A DNA stretch of 63,981 bases, filler included, from Octopus bimaculoides (lineage: Eukaryota): NCBI RefSeq assembly GCF_001194135.2. It is 8 parts of 8 records of this genome, joined end to end, with 100 filler letters (N's around TTAATTAATTAA, not from the genome) between each part and the next. Parts side by side here need not be neighbours in the genome. Positions count along the whole stretch, not along the records: positions 1 to 8,293 come from NC_068984.1; positions 8,394 to 21,478 come from NC_068995.1; 6 more parts are not named here. The stretch is one strand, 5' to 3'. The notes beneath the pieces are model-generated. The model saw only the letters and a program-made list of their open reading frames with translations. It did no database searches and had not been told where the DNA came from. Shown in pieces: positions 1 through 13,230 of the stretch. Each line of letters opens with the position of its first letter. The stretch's first letter is position 1. The translations under genes were made by a program, and so were the position numbers.

Positions 1-1263
1 GTGCGTGAGAAGACTCGGCAAGCCAAGTAAGATCGTTGCCAGTGCCCCTGGACTGGTTCTTGTGCGAGTGGCACATGAGATGCACCATTTTGAGTGTGGC
101 CGTTGCCAGTACCGCCTGACTGGCTCCCGTAGGATTTTCGAGCGAGATCGTTGCCAGTGCCCCTGGACTGGCTTGTGCGGGTGGCACATAAAAGACACCA
201 TTTCGAACGTGGCCGTTTTCGTGCGGGTGACACGTAAAAGCACCCACTACACTCTCTGAGTGGTTGGCGTTAGGAAGGGCATCCAGCTGTAGAAACTCTG
301 CCAAATTAGACTGGACCTCCAATGTAATTATAAATATGCCGGTTACTGTCCACTAAATAGTAATTATCCCATCAAAGGAATTGCTTATAGGGCTGGCCTT
401 TAAACAACACAACATAATAAGCTAACTTGTTTATTAGTATACTTCCCCCTAGCAATAAACTTGTTTTCTAGTATACTTTGTAGCCCCAGCTATGGTGAAG
501 CATGAACGTCTAGCCTGAATTTTAGCCTCATTGGTCTTTCATTAGCAGAAGTATCTCTTCCACACATGCCATGACTAAAGATGATAGCAGTAATTTGGTG
601 ACTGAATCGGTTGATCTTGGCCGTTGACAGTTTGTTGTCTGTTCATCCACTCAGCATCTAGTTCATCAGTTGAAATAATTCACATCTACCATGCTGTATC
701 CCATGATTTCAGTATACTACAGCTCAGGTGGTTACATGCTATTTTACCCATAGCTAGGACACTGACAGTTGCTACAACTCAAGGTCTGAGAAGAGTGAAG
801 AACAATAGCAGTTACGAAGTGGTTCCACACTCCACAAAACTCTGGAACATCCAAACCTGGATCCCACTACTGGATGCAGAATTGTTAACATGCCAGGCAA
901 AATGCTTAGCTGCATTTTGTCTATCCTTATGTTCTGAGTTCAAATTCTACCAAAGTCAACTTTCACTTTCATCCTTTTGGGGTCAATAAATTAAGTACCA
1001 GTCAAGCACTGGGGTTGATGTAGTTGACTTGTCCCCTCCCCTAAAATTTCAGGCCTTGTGACTACAGTAGAAATGATTATTATAATATACTCTATATACA
1101 ATATTAATATATATTATTAAGTTGAGTTTGTGTTTAAATCTTGCTTGGATTATGTTTTTAATATAAATGTTTACGTTGAGTCAATCTCCTTGAAAAACTA
1201 ATCTTGTGTATAACAATGAAAATAAACCATTATTTATAGAATAAATGAAAAGAGTGTTCTTAC

Positions 1264-1452
1264 CTTGAGGAATATAAGTAAGGTTTGTTGCTGGGCTTGA
1301 CTGAGAATATCTGTCTGCAGGTAATGAAGAATTGCAATACATAAATAGATTTGGTAGTCAGCTCCAAGAACACAGCATGTACATATGTAGTGTACAATAT
1401 CTGACCAATCTAAATAATTCCAGAAACACTGCTGGAGCCATTGTTGACAAAC
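1264..1452 (-). CDS. TBC1D32: TBC1D32 (Bromi) C-terminal exon, 63 aa: VCQQWLQQCFWNYLDWSDIVHYICTCCVLGADYQIYLCIAILHYLQTDILSQAQQQTLLIFLK
   Basis: Manual translation. Canonical acceptor (aataacag|GTT) and donor (AAG|gtaaga), 189 nt, phase 0-0. The QCFWNYLDW...LGxDYQxYxCIA motif matches the Bromi C-terminus as recalled. The final exon was not found in the window. Confidence 0.92.
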
Positions 1453-2544
1453 CTGTTATTGGAATAAGATCAGCAGTTGTAAATGTATCAATTAATATTC
1501 ACTGAAATTACAGTTTGGATAACTTTACTAATGAATACATTACAAGGATAAAACCAGAGTCAACTAAACTATTGCGTGACAATCCTACTTTAGATGTTTA
1601 AGGCAATAGTTCTCTGTCAGGTTTAATATGTTATGTAATGTACTGATTCCTAATACGTGCATGTATGTATGCATTTATTTTTGTGTGTGTGTGAGTGTAT
1701 ATACATATATATACATCATGCCAGCATAGATGACGGATGTTAAATGACGATGATGATGATGATATATCTATATCTATCTCTATATATATATATATATATA
1801 TACACATACACACCCACATGATGATGATGCACACACACATGCATAGTACAGGTATGGGTATGTGGTTAAGACATTTGCTTTGAATGTGTGTGGTTAGAGG
1901 TTTGAAACCACTATGTGGATGTTGCTGGTTGGCATCCTATACTATAGCTGCAAGATAAACATCTTGTGAGTGCAATAGACATACAGAACTGGAGAATCCT
2001 CTTGTATGTGTGTATGTATATAAGGTTCTGGGAGGGTAGAAAGATAGAGTATTTCAACCTGAGCTTTAGGCTATCTACGCTGTCGGATTCCAGACTAATA
2101 TTGAAATTCTTCAGGTGTAGAAAATCCAGGTTTCACAACAGTAAAACCATTGTGTGGGTTTAGTACAGACTAAAATATAATCCAAATAAGAAAATAAAAA
2201 AAGGACTTTAACACATCTTTAATGACCAGTTACAATTGTTTCAGTACCAACTCTGCTTTCATCACCAGTTCATGCTAAAGTTCCAAGTGAAAATTTATGC
2301 AATATTTGCAGTTTTAAACATTAAAGTTGCATTTCTTCAAACCCATGTCAAAGGTGTGCTCTTACTTTGTGCATGTAATGCAAATGGTAAAGACACGGTG
2401 CTACAGAACAACTGTCTAATCCATGCAAGCACTGACAAAATGGATGGACGATGATGGTGATAGTGTTGATGATGATGTCAAGAATACGAATTGTCATATA
2501 TATACAGCTGAAAAATAAGCACCCAAAACACTGAAACTGCATAC

Positions 2545-2673
2545 CTGAATAGAAGAAAATCCAGACATTGTGAAGGCAGCTGCTACAAGTGGCAACTCAG
2601 TTTGCAATAGGAAATCAACATAATGAGCTGTTGTTGAGTAAAGGACAGATATCTCACTTGCTACGGGTTCAAC
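2545..2673 (-). CDS. TBC1D32: TBC1D32 exon, 43 aa: VEPVASEISVLYSTTAHYVDFLLQTELPLVAAAFTMSGFSSIQ
   Basis: tcacag|GTT ... CAG|gtatgc, 129 nt, phase 0-0. Splices in frame to 1264-1452. Resembles Bromi [27 protein letters not shown]. Confidence 0.9.
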
Positions 2674-4517
2674 CTGTGAATTATAGAAATAAGACTGTTT
2701 TATTTTTAGAATAAAGTATCGACATGGAAGAGTGATGTATTTTAGTAGAAATGTGATTAGAAGGGAAACAATTGCTTGTTCTTGGAGCAATTAAAAATTG
2801 TTCTTACGGTAGAATTTCCACAAAATTTTATCTATTCTTTGCGACATCTGTATAAGGAGATTTGTCAATACATCTGTATTGTCATTTTACTACAAAATCA
2901 GATTCATTCATTCATTCATTCATGTCTGCCTGGAGAGGTTGCTGCTGGAAAGTCATGTGTGGCAGCAGGGTTTGACTCTTGGTCAAACCTCCAGAAAGAA
3001 TCAGATATGGTAGTCAGAGAATTTCTACTACTTCCATCAGCTACAAGTTCTGGCCTCTTAATTCCCCTGATTGTAACTCTTGTGTTGGGTGTGGTTGAGA
3101 AAAACGCCAGCAGCTCTGCCTGAAACACTGAGGCCAAGATCAGTGATGAATGCATGCACCAGAGCTGTTTTGAGGCTGTGGGGGAAACTGAGGGCAGCTA
3201 CTTTGAGTAAATTGTTATCTCCCAACCAGAATCTAGCTGATATTTTTTGAGTTTACCCTTAAATTACCAACTACCTTACAGCAAGGCCTATACATAGGTA
3301 ATGCATCAGTAGTGCCTACAGATACATTTATCCCTTAGACGGTTGTATAACCACTAACTCATAATTTTTATATCTATATGTATATATGAAAAATGGAGGG
3401 TCCCAGCTGACATGATCAACGAAACAGCTTGCCCGTGAAATTAACGTGCAAGTGGCTGAGCACTCTGCAGACATGTGTACCCTTAACATAGTTCTCGGGA
3501 AGATTCAGCATGACACAGAGTGTGAGAAGGCTGGCCCATTGAAACACAGGTACTACTCTCACACACATACACACATATATAGATATATAAATATTTGCGA
3601 GTTAATGAGTGTAGTACAGTGGAAAATACACATTTAGTAGGTTTACTAGGAAATACTCCAGTAACTTTCTCATATTATAAAACAACAACACCTATTGATT
3701 TAAAATTTGAGTGAAATTTTATATTTTTCCTCTGTTACTCACTCTCCTAGTGTCCTTTGTAACTATATATCTCTTCTTATATCACTTGCCATGTATCTAG
3801 AATCATTGCCTACTCTCTCATTTATGCTCCTTCAGTTATAGGGGCACTTTAGGTTGTTAGCCTTGCAAGTAATGAGATGATTTTCACTAGTGCTGGCACC
3901 ACAAAAAGCACCCAGTTTGTACTGCAAAGAGGTTGATATTAGGAAGGGAATCCTGCTGTAGAAACCATGCCACACTAGACACTGGAGCATAATGACACAT
4001 TAGATCCCGTTCAACTGTTTAATCCATGCGAACATGGATGCTGGATATTAACCGCTGTTGATGATGATGATTCCTAATAACATAAACAGAGTAATCTCAT
4101 AATCAGCGCCTTTTTTAAAATACTTAATTGAAATTTACTTCCACTTCCCTGATATTGCTAATCCTTTTGAAAAATAATAACCTCCTCTAAAGGTTTTAGT
4201 CTTTAAATCTACTAGGAGAAGACAGCAAAAAAAAAAGATCCCAACTAACTACAACCCCTATCATGTACTGTGGCATGTTTGAGCAGTTATGTCAAAAACT
4301 GAACAGGCTATTTGTTATGAAAGAGATGAAAAATTATGTGAAAATAATTTCCTGCCATCAGATCTTTAATTTCATGGATTGGCAGTTAAAAATGTTTCAT
4401 TAAGTTTATTATTTTATTTTTGCACAGTTTTATATATAAAAAAAAAACAAACAAAAAAAAAACTAGTTGCATTTTTAAAACAGAAAGAAATATAATGAAC
4501 AGAAAATGAACACTCAC

Positions 4518-4672
4518 CACCATTAGAGAATAAACTGGCCATAGAAACTTCGATATTGTTAAATGAGATATATTGGTTAATAACTTCAAAGCTTGTTCTT
4601 TATTTCCTTGAAATACAAGGTAGATGGAAGCAACAAACCAGTCGAACACTTTGAAGTTACTTTGAAGACATT
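4518..4672 (-). CDS. TBC1D32: TBC1D32 exon: xCLQSNFKVFDWFVASIYLVFQGNKEQALKLLTNISHLTISKFLWPVYSLMV
   Basis: taccag|AA ... GTG|gtgagt, 155 nt, phase 1-0. Splices in frame to 2545-2673. Resembles Bromi [26 protein letters not shown]...FLW. Confidence 0.85.
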
Positions 4673-6995
4673 CTGGTAGCATTTAAGGAATGTTTCTTTT
4701 AAGAAGGTACAAATACAATTTAGATTTAAATAATGATGTAACCTCATGGATTTGATACATACATTCTGTTTTAACTCCCCATCTAGCACACAAATAATTC
4801 TTTTCAACTGGTTTCTTTGAAATAACTAACAGGTAAACATTGGTTTTAGTATAATAGCTTCATGTGAATATGGTTTCCGTTACAGCTGTAATTACGTGAT
4901 AGTTTTGTTTACATAGTCACCAGCAAACTACCTGCATACCAAAATGCGACAAAACACCACAAAGCTATCACTTGAAAGAAAACAGACAAGAAAAATGTTA
5001 CCTATAAATTAGTTTTCTTTCATATTCATCAAGCATAATAGTTTTCTTTCCTTTTTATAGATTTTGATACTTTTGTATTCCAACTGATGTTGATATTTAT
5101 AATCTTTCTTGATTTCATAGATTACATATTCTTGAAAGATGAATTACATTCTATAACTACTTCAAGCAGTGAAAAGGATATAGTTATTTACTTTTCTAAA
5201 CATCTCACTCTCATAAAACCAAATTTGATGAGAAACAATGTTAATCTACTCATCGAGAAATGTCTGTTACAAGTAAATTTTACTGATATTCATGTAAATT
5301 AGGGCAAGTATTTATTTAGTGACACATTGGAATAGTGAGGTGGAATATGAAAACTAAGAGCCAGTTATTTAATACAGAAATGTGAGAAGTAAAAAATGTT
5401 AAAGTCTCCCAGATTCCATGTGATTCTAAACCAAATATTTTCAAGACTCCAAGAAATTCTGTACACTAAATTCACGCATCTAATTGTGTCTATACACCAA
5501 TGACACATCTAATTAGTCAGTGTGAATCCGAAATGTCACACAACTAATTAGCTATTGTATTTAAACACCAAAGACTCACATGTAGCTAATGATTGTGTAA
5601 CTACAAAATCACACACTTAATTAGTCATTGTCTTTTAATTTTCTACTTCTTTCAGTCATTAGACTGCAGCCATGCTGGAGCACCACCTTGAAGAATGTTT
5701 TAGTCAAATGTATCAACCCCAGTACTTATATTTTTAAAAGCATGGTACTTATTGTATTGGTTTCTTTTGCTGAACCACTAAGTTATGGGGATGTAAACAC
5801 ACCAACACTAGTTATCAAGCAATAGTGGTGGGGACAGACAGAAAGACACACACACACATATGACAGGATTGTTTCAGCTTCCGTCTACCAAATCCATTCA
5901 CAAGACTTTGGTCAGCCTGAGACTATAGTAGAAAACACTTTGCCAACATATCACACAGTGGGACTGAACCTTGAACCATATTGTTGGGAAGCAAGCTTCT
6001 AATCACACAGCCATGCCTGCAACTATAATTGTGTTTATTATACATCAAACTCACACATGTAATTAGTCATTGTGTTTATACACTAAAGTCATACATCTAA
6101 TTAACCATCGTGTATCTACAAAGTCACACACTTCAAAGTCAAACATCTTCTTAACCCTTGTGTATCTACGCCAAAAGTAGTATGGGATTAATAACCTTTC
6201 AAATCAAATCTGATTACTTAAGATTATCTCTACAGAAATTACAGCCAGCACTGATTTAGTACAACATTTTGTATCTGAGTAGGCCTAATGTAAACACCAA
6301 TGAGACTGAAGCTGAAAAATGAGTAATGAGTGGCTAGCACACAAGAACAGTGTATTGACTTATAAAAGTGTTTGATATACTTTGTAGTATACCATGGTTG
6401 CATGACGAAATACAGTGTCCCTACAAGCCTTTAACAAATCTGATTAAGTTATTTGTCATGCCATCATAGTGCTGGCTGCTCTCCATGCCATGCCACCCCT
6501 AACAGAATCATGGTCTGAATGCCACAAGCTTCCCTTCTCAGCTTGAGCCAGCACGGCTGGACCAAGAGGATGGTAAAAGGCCTAATGGTATGACAATTTT
6601 CTTGTTCTATGGCGGTAGGCCCTCTCATCTGGGATGCTACATGCTGTGACATCTTCTCCAGTGGCAACTTGATGTGTTCAGCTACAAGCCCAGGCTCTGC
6701 TGCTCATCAAGATGACAAAAGCAAACTGTCAAGGTATTCGTCACTCTCTCTAACAGGTTCATGGTCAAGCCTGTGGCAGTGGAGACCTCTGGCATTCTTG
6801 ATCTCTAGATCATATCTCTGCTCACCGTTATCAAAGATGGGTGTCTGCAAATGTGATCCCTTTGAGTCAGAGTGGTTGTTCCAGAGCATCTCCCTCACCA
6901 TCCTCTGGGGCCTTTTCCATTTTGTCTGCTGGGACCATGAAGTGGTCTGTCTTACAGGTAATTGTATGTTCCACTCCTTAATGTAAAGTTACTCC

Positions 6996-7053
<58 letters not shown>

Positions 7054-7492
7054 NNNNNNNNNNNNNNNNNNNNNNNNNNNNNNNNNNNNNNNNNNNNNNN
7101 NNNNNNNNNNNNNNNNNNNNNNNNNNNNNNNNNNNNNNNNNNNNNNNNNNNNNNNNNNNNNNNNNNNNNNNNNNNNNNNNNNNNNNNNNNNNNNNNNNNN
7201 NNNNNNNNNNNNNNNNNNNNNNNNNNNNNNNNNNNNNNNNNNNNNNNNNNNNNNNNNNNNNNNNNNNNNNNNNNNNNNNNNNNNNNNNNNNNNNNNNNNN
7301 NNNNNNNNNNNNNNNNNNNNNNNNNNNNNNNNNNNNNNNNNNNNNNNNNNNNNNNNNNNNNNNNNNNNNNNNNNNNNNNNNNNNNNNNNNNNNNNNNNNN
7401 NNNNNNNNNNNNNNNNNNNNNNNNNNNNNNNNNNNNNNNNNNNNNNNNNNNNNNNNNNNNNNNNNNNNNNNNNNNNNNNNNNNNNNNNNNNN

Positions 7493-7537
<45 letters not shown>

Positions 7538-8337
7538 AGAGATATAAATATTATTATAAATAATAATATCACTATCCAGCAAGAATAAAGTACCATAAAA
7601 GGTAGAATAATAAATACAAAGCGAATGTACATAAAGTACAATCATTGCTAGAAACAGCAGCTGGTAAGTTATCAGTGCTATGTAGAGCTTCACTGAATGT
7701 TCACAGACAGAGATGTTTGCAGGCAGTGAATATAGGAAAACTCGGTCTTACCTCTATGAAGACTGTTAGAGGAATGAAGAATAATTCATTAGTGCAGTTT
7801 CAGACATTACAGATCAGGTGTGTAGGCATGAATTCGATTGGTCCTCTTCAGTTGAATGTACCGTTAATGACCGAAATTTCAAAATATTCACTATATCTCT
7901 GCCTGTTTACTTGGTTGCAAAACCCAGTCAAAATTCAAACCAAGATCAGTGAAAAGATATGCAAGACATATAAATATTATTAAAAATAATAATATTACTA
8001 TCTAGCAAGAATAAAGCACCATAAAAGGTAGAAATATAAATACAAAACACTGATAACTTACTAGTTACTATTTCTAGCAATGATCGTACTTTGTGTACAT
8101 TCGCTTTGTATTTATATATCTATCTATATATATCTATATATACGGTTTAGATATAGATTCAAGGTTGAATATGGTACTTATGCGTAGGCACCTGAATATC
8201 GTATCCCAAAAGGATAGGTGATCAAAATAAAAAAATAAGCAACACGGATTTCAAAGGTGATTGCAGTACGCACGTTTCATGCTACTCCAATTTNNNNNNN
8301 NNNNNNNNNNNNNNNNNNNNNNNNNNNNNNNNNNNNN

Positions 8338-8349
8338 TTAATTAATTAA
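8338..8349. other. Assembly spacer TTAATTAATTAA inside 100-bp gaps (not biological)
   Basis: The identical 44N-12-44N layout recurs at 21523, 37595, 39599, 46781, 60328 and 62566. Confidence 0.95.
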
Positions 8350-8393
8350 NNNNNNNNNNNNNNNNNNNNNNNNNNNNNNNNNNNNNNNNNNNN

Positions 8394-8424
<31 letters not shown>

Positions 8425-9648
8425 GGAATGACATTGGCTCATATGCAAATTATATGTAGGAAACTGATTGAAAAAAATCAGTTTCTGAAATTTTAGATTT
8501 GATTTTATTGGCTGATGTTATAAAAAAATGGTTGCTATAGCAAATTGATTAACAGCATTTTATATATTTCCCCCCCACTTCACAATGTTTGAAGAATTAA
8601 CTGCTTTTTGTTACAGTTTATATACTATTATATTACTTCTGGAATCTAATTTTAATTATTAAACAAATCATTCCATCAGTTCCAAACGAATATATTATTG
8701 CATGGAAGCAAAACTCTGTGATGTATCAGGTTCAATGAAACCTTGTATGGTTAAATTTATTGAAATGACTTCTATCACAGTGTTTGCCCTGTAATTTAGG
8801 ACTTGGAATATCTTATCATGCAAGACTGACAAGATTTGTTTAAGTGGAGTTACAGTCTCAGTGATTTACAAAAAAGCTCCCTTTCTTTTGATGTTGGTAA
8901 CATATGTTAGTGTTGTTGATATTCTGTTGTTTTTGTTCAAGTATTACTGTTAGTTTTGTTGGTATTGTTGCTGTTTTTTTTTACCTTCATTGTTATTTAT
9001 ACAATTTATTACATTGATTTTTGACTTTTTCTTCAAGATGCCCCATTCTAATTATAGTCACTCGATGTGACTGGAAGATATTTATTTAAGATATTTATTC
9101 GATGATGAGTCAGAAAAGTTATTTCTTCAATAATATATGCAAATATTTGAATCTTTGAGAGTAACTGATCCATGTTTGTATAGGGAGGGAAATGGATATT
9201 AAACTGTTATATAAATGAAAATCTTTTAATGAATTTTAAGAAGAAAGAGAATGAGTCTGTATGAAAATTTGAAAATAAATGTTAAAAAATGTTATCATCA
9301 TAATTGATTTTTATATAATTGCATGGTTAGACGTTCGTTGTTTCACTATGACAGTCAACTGTACTGAATAAAATATAAGAATGATAAGTATTTAGTATTT
9401 ATCATTGTCCTACAGAGTACATTTGTATTTTATTTTTTTTATTACTTTTTCTTTACTGTTTTACTTGTTTCAGCATTGAACTGCAGCCATGCTGGAGTAC
9501 CACCTCAAAGGGTTTAGTTGAACAATTCAACTCCAGCACATATTCTTTAAGCCTGGTACTTATTCTATTGGCCTCTTTTGCCAAACTGCCAAGTTGCAGG
9601 GGTATAAGCAAACCAGCACAGGTTATCAAGTGGTGGTTGGGGAACAAA

Positions 9649-9688
<40 letters not shown>

Positions 9689-10174
9689 NNNNNNNNNNNN
9701 NNNNNNNNNNNNNNNNNNNNNNNNNNNNNNNNNNNNNNNNNNNNNNNNNNNNNNNNNNNNNNNCACACGCACACGCACACGCACACACACACAAAGGGCT
9801 TCCATTCACAAAGCTTTGGTTGATCTGGGACTCTACCTACACCTGTAGCCACACCTGGATTTTTTGTATTTCTTTAGCCTTTCATGTTAAATTTACTGAA
9901 ATGCATTCTCTAAGTGCATCAATGTTTTTCAACTTTTTTGGTCTATTCTTTTCGATGTAGTCATTAATTAGTGATATTCATTGCAAAGTTTTTTTGTAGC
10001 AGACAGCTTCAATCATGTAAGAGGTATGTTATTACTAAAGATATTGTCAACAAGTTTAAAATTGTGATGGTTGGTGGGGTTGCCAATTTAGTTGCCAATG
10101 ACCTGACCATGTAACAGGTAGTACTGGGTTACATGTTACCAATAACACTCAAGAGCAACCTGACATAATGAGGT

Positions 10175-10800
10175 TCTACCAGAATCACAATGTGGTTTTA
10201 GAGATAGTAGGAGTACTATGGATATGATATTTTCAGCTAGACAGTTACAAGAGAAGTGCATCAAACAGGATATGGACTTATATCAAGTTTTTATTGATCT
10301 GACAAAAGCGTTTGATTCTGTAAATAGAGTTGCACTTTGGGAAATCCTGAAAAAGCTAGGCTGCCCTGAAAAATTTGTGAGAATGCTTAGACAATTTCAT
10401 GACTAGATGGAAGTGAGAGTTAATGTTGGAGGTACCTTGTCAGATCCAATTTCTGTAGAAAATGGTGTAAAACAAGGGTGATATTCCTGCTCCTACATTG
10501 TTTGCTCTGTATTTTACAATAGTTTTTCAAATAGCTTTTGAAGATAGTGCTGAAAGGGGTTTATATAAGATGTGGGACAGTGGGAAAACTTTTCAACCTC
10601 AAAAGACTTTGTGCTAAAACGAAAGTTCTTCATTCTCACATCACTGAGTTCTTGTATGCAGATAATTGTGACCTCTTAGCACATTCCCAGGAAGATAATC
10701 AACACATGATGAATGCGATTTCAGCAGCATGTACAGAATTAGGCCTTACAACCAACTTGAAAAAAGCCGTTCTAATGTAGCAGCTTGCTCCTTCTAAACT
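10175..10800 (+). mobile_element. Degraded RTE-clade LINE reverse transcriptase fragment
   Basis: LPESQCGFR...DMIFSARQLQEKC...FIDLTKAFDSVNR...GVKQG...LYADNC across stops and frameshifts. Confidence 0.85.
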
Positions 10801-11039
10801 TTATGTGGAATTGAAGAAGCCTAGAGGCACACTCAACATCCAAACTCTATCTACCCATCCCTACAGAACACTGAAGAGATGGAGCTAGCATGGAGGATAC
10901 CGTGGCCTCTTGGCAGAAACGGCTGTAAGAAACTGATCTCTTAATCTTTTACTCTTTTATGTATTACTAGTATATATTTGTGTAGCACACAGTCTTTGCA
11001 TGTGTATGTATTCTTAGAATACTCCCTTTTGTTTTCGAA

Positions 11040-11700
11040 TAAATAGACATAATAGAATGTCTACCGGCTGATCTATGTCATTTCTGTATCCTCTCCATTT
11101 TCTTTTTGCCGTATAAATTAAGGGTAAACCACTTTTTACCCCTGCCCATATATGACACTCGTGAATTTGATAGATAGAAACTGAAAGTTGTTCAGTAGGA
11201 TGAATTTCAGTGCTGTGATTATGAATCTGTGTTTGATGCATCCTGGGAGCTCTTCTGGGTATTTTTCTAGCCAGAAGATGATTGCTTCTATGCAATAATC
11301 GTGTGGGATATTGGTGTACAGGTTCACCACATCGAATGATACTAACAGGGCTCCTTCATTTATCATCTTTGGGAGGTGGTTAAGCATGTTTAAGTCATCC
11401 CTGATGAAGCTTTTCACATATTTTAGAAACAGTTTGAGTAAGATCTCGAGGAAATTGCGTAAACGGTGAGTTTCACAAGCAGGGCCAGCAATGATGGTCT
11501 TAGTTTGAGGTCAGTAAGGGGAGGAACATTAATGCATAAGCTTGGAGAATCTTTGCAAGCTTTAGAAATATGTAGATTTTTGTGTATTTTAGGTAGTCTG
11601 TAGAATAGACTTGATCTGTATTTAAAATTGGATAAATAGTCAATTTCTTTTTTAGTGAGACCCTTTCCATGTATTTGAAGTAAGTAGGATAAGTTTTTAA
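11040..11700 (-). mobile_element. Degraded Penelope-like element reverse transcriptase fragment
   Basis: FYRLPKIHK...LRP, then LVSFDVVNLYTNIP...ALKFILLNNF, the typical PLE RT segments, frameshifted. Confidence 0.8.
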
Positions 11701-11722
11701 GATATATGTATATCCCCACATG

Positions 11723-11789
<67 letters not shown>

Positions 11790-11801
11790 ATCCCCCACAT
11801 G

Positions 11802-11836
<35 letters not shown>

Positions 11837-11845
11837 GTATTTATA

Positions 11846-13000
11846 TCTATAGATATATAATAAAATGGAAGTGTGTGTGTGTACATGCCTTTTTCTTGAT
11901 ACCCCTTAAAGTCAATATTTTTCATCTGATTTCGTTCACGCTGGGAACATATATCAATTATGTTGTAGAGAAGGTCATAAACTCTTCAAATTTTCGATAT
12001 AATGAGTAATGCTGCCCCTAAGGGATGAAAACACCTCATAGGTAAATAACAAATACCAATGATTGTTGCTTCAAGGGACTTTACTCTTGATGACGTAGTT
12101 ACACTATTTTCACTTTGTCTTCTACTAGTTTTTACAATGCCCTTTCACTGCAAACCACTGATATTTTCACATTAGCACTTCCTTCAAGTAGCCATGCAAC
12201 ATAAATCAACTTTTAATTATTTTTTTTAAATGCTTTAAGACAATGTTTAGTCAGAATGCCCTAAGGCTCAAACATCTCAACCCTTCCTAAGGTCATTGTG
12301 ACAATTTCTGAACCCACTCAGCAAATAATAGTACGACAAACATCATTCAGCCATTCGACTTAACCCCACGCAGCCTTCACTTTGCAGATAACCCTGTAAT
12401 GCCACCTAGGAGAAAGAGAGCTCACATTAGTAGACTGTCCCATGCTGCCATCAAAGCCAGAAGATATTGGGATAACGAAACTCAAGACCAGAGGTCCCAC
12501 AGACTGGTTCAGCAAGCTGCCTATGATGCCACTGCCTGTGCAGTACATGCACCTGCAACTTCTGCAACTGTTAAGGTTTCAAAGTCTGAGGAAACGCTTA
12601 TGGCCCACCGAGCCCATCACCAGGGCTGCCAAGTCACCTCAACAATGGACTATCTCATTGGCGTGTCTTGCCAAAAATGCTTCAGGTGCAAGGGCTATCG
12701 AGTCACCTCAACAACGGGCTATCTGGGTGGTGTGGTTTGCCAAAAATGCTTCTGCTGCAATGGCTACAGACTCTCCACAACAGCATACAGTCCAAAAGCA
12801 GTGTAATGCTGAAACTACTGCTGCTGCAAGGGCTTCACAGTCACCACAACAGCACACAGCCTGGAGGGCGCGTAATGCTAAAACTACTGCCGCCACATGG
12901 GCTGTAGAGTCATCACCCGAAGGAAGCATAATGCTGACACTACTGCTACTGCAAGGGCTGCAGAGTCCCCAGCACAGTGCACAAATCGTCAGGCTTTGAA
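11846..13000 (+). mobile_element. Helitron 5' portion with degraded N-terminal ORF
   Basis: A|TCTATAGATATATAATAAAA 5' end followed by a (TG)n tract. ORF start MPPRRKRAHISRLSHAAIKARR and SPQQ repeats resemble Helitron RepHel N-termini. No Rep or helicase motifs are seen. Confidence 0.5.
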
Positions 13001-13011
13001 TGCTGCTTTAA

Positions 13012-13230
13012 CCCTATCGTTACTGTATTTATTTTGCGATGCTCTGTGTTTCTTTCAATTACTTTAAATATAACAAAGAATTTAGTAAAATAACTTGGTT
13101 ATCATGAAGCTAGTGTTAGAAACATAAATGTGATTTAAGTTTGGTGGAAGATTTTAATTCAAAACTTATGAAAACAAAACATTTGTACTCAGAGCCAGAG
13201 CCGGTTTCAGCTGGGTTGGTAACAAAAGGA
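13012..13230. mobile_element. piggyBac-type MITE, second family
   Basis: TTAA|CCCTATCGTTAC ... GTAACAAAAGGA|TTAA. A related reverse copy lies at ~44360-44550. Confidence 0.6.

Noticed and set aside
2776-3155. Overlapping ORFs within a TBC1D32 intron
   Set aside because: The flanking exons already splice in frame without them, and no motif was recognised.
6464-6960. Cluster of short ORFs as a gene
   Set aside because: Broken frames and no recognisable motif. Probably an old retroelement remnant, but it cannot be classified from sequence alone.
6952-7693. Long ORFs of 130-358 aa in the track (also at 20115, 26412, 28804, 34518, 36069, 38626, 51292)
   Set aside because: They are N gaps translated as X plus flanking dinucleotide repeats.
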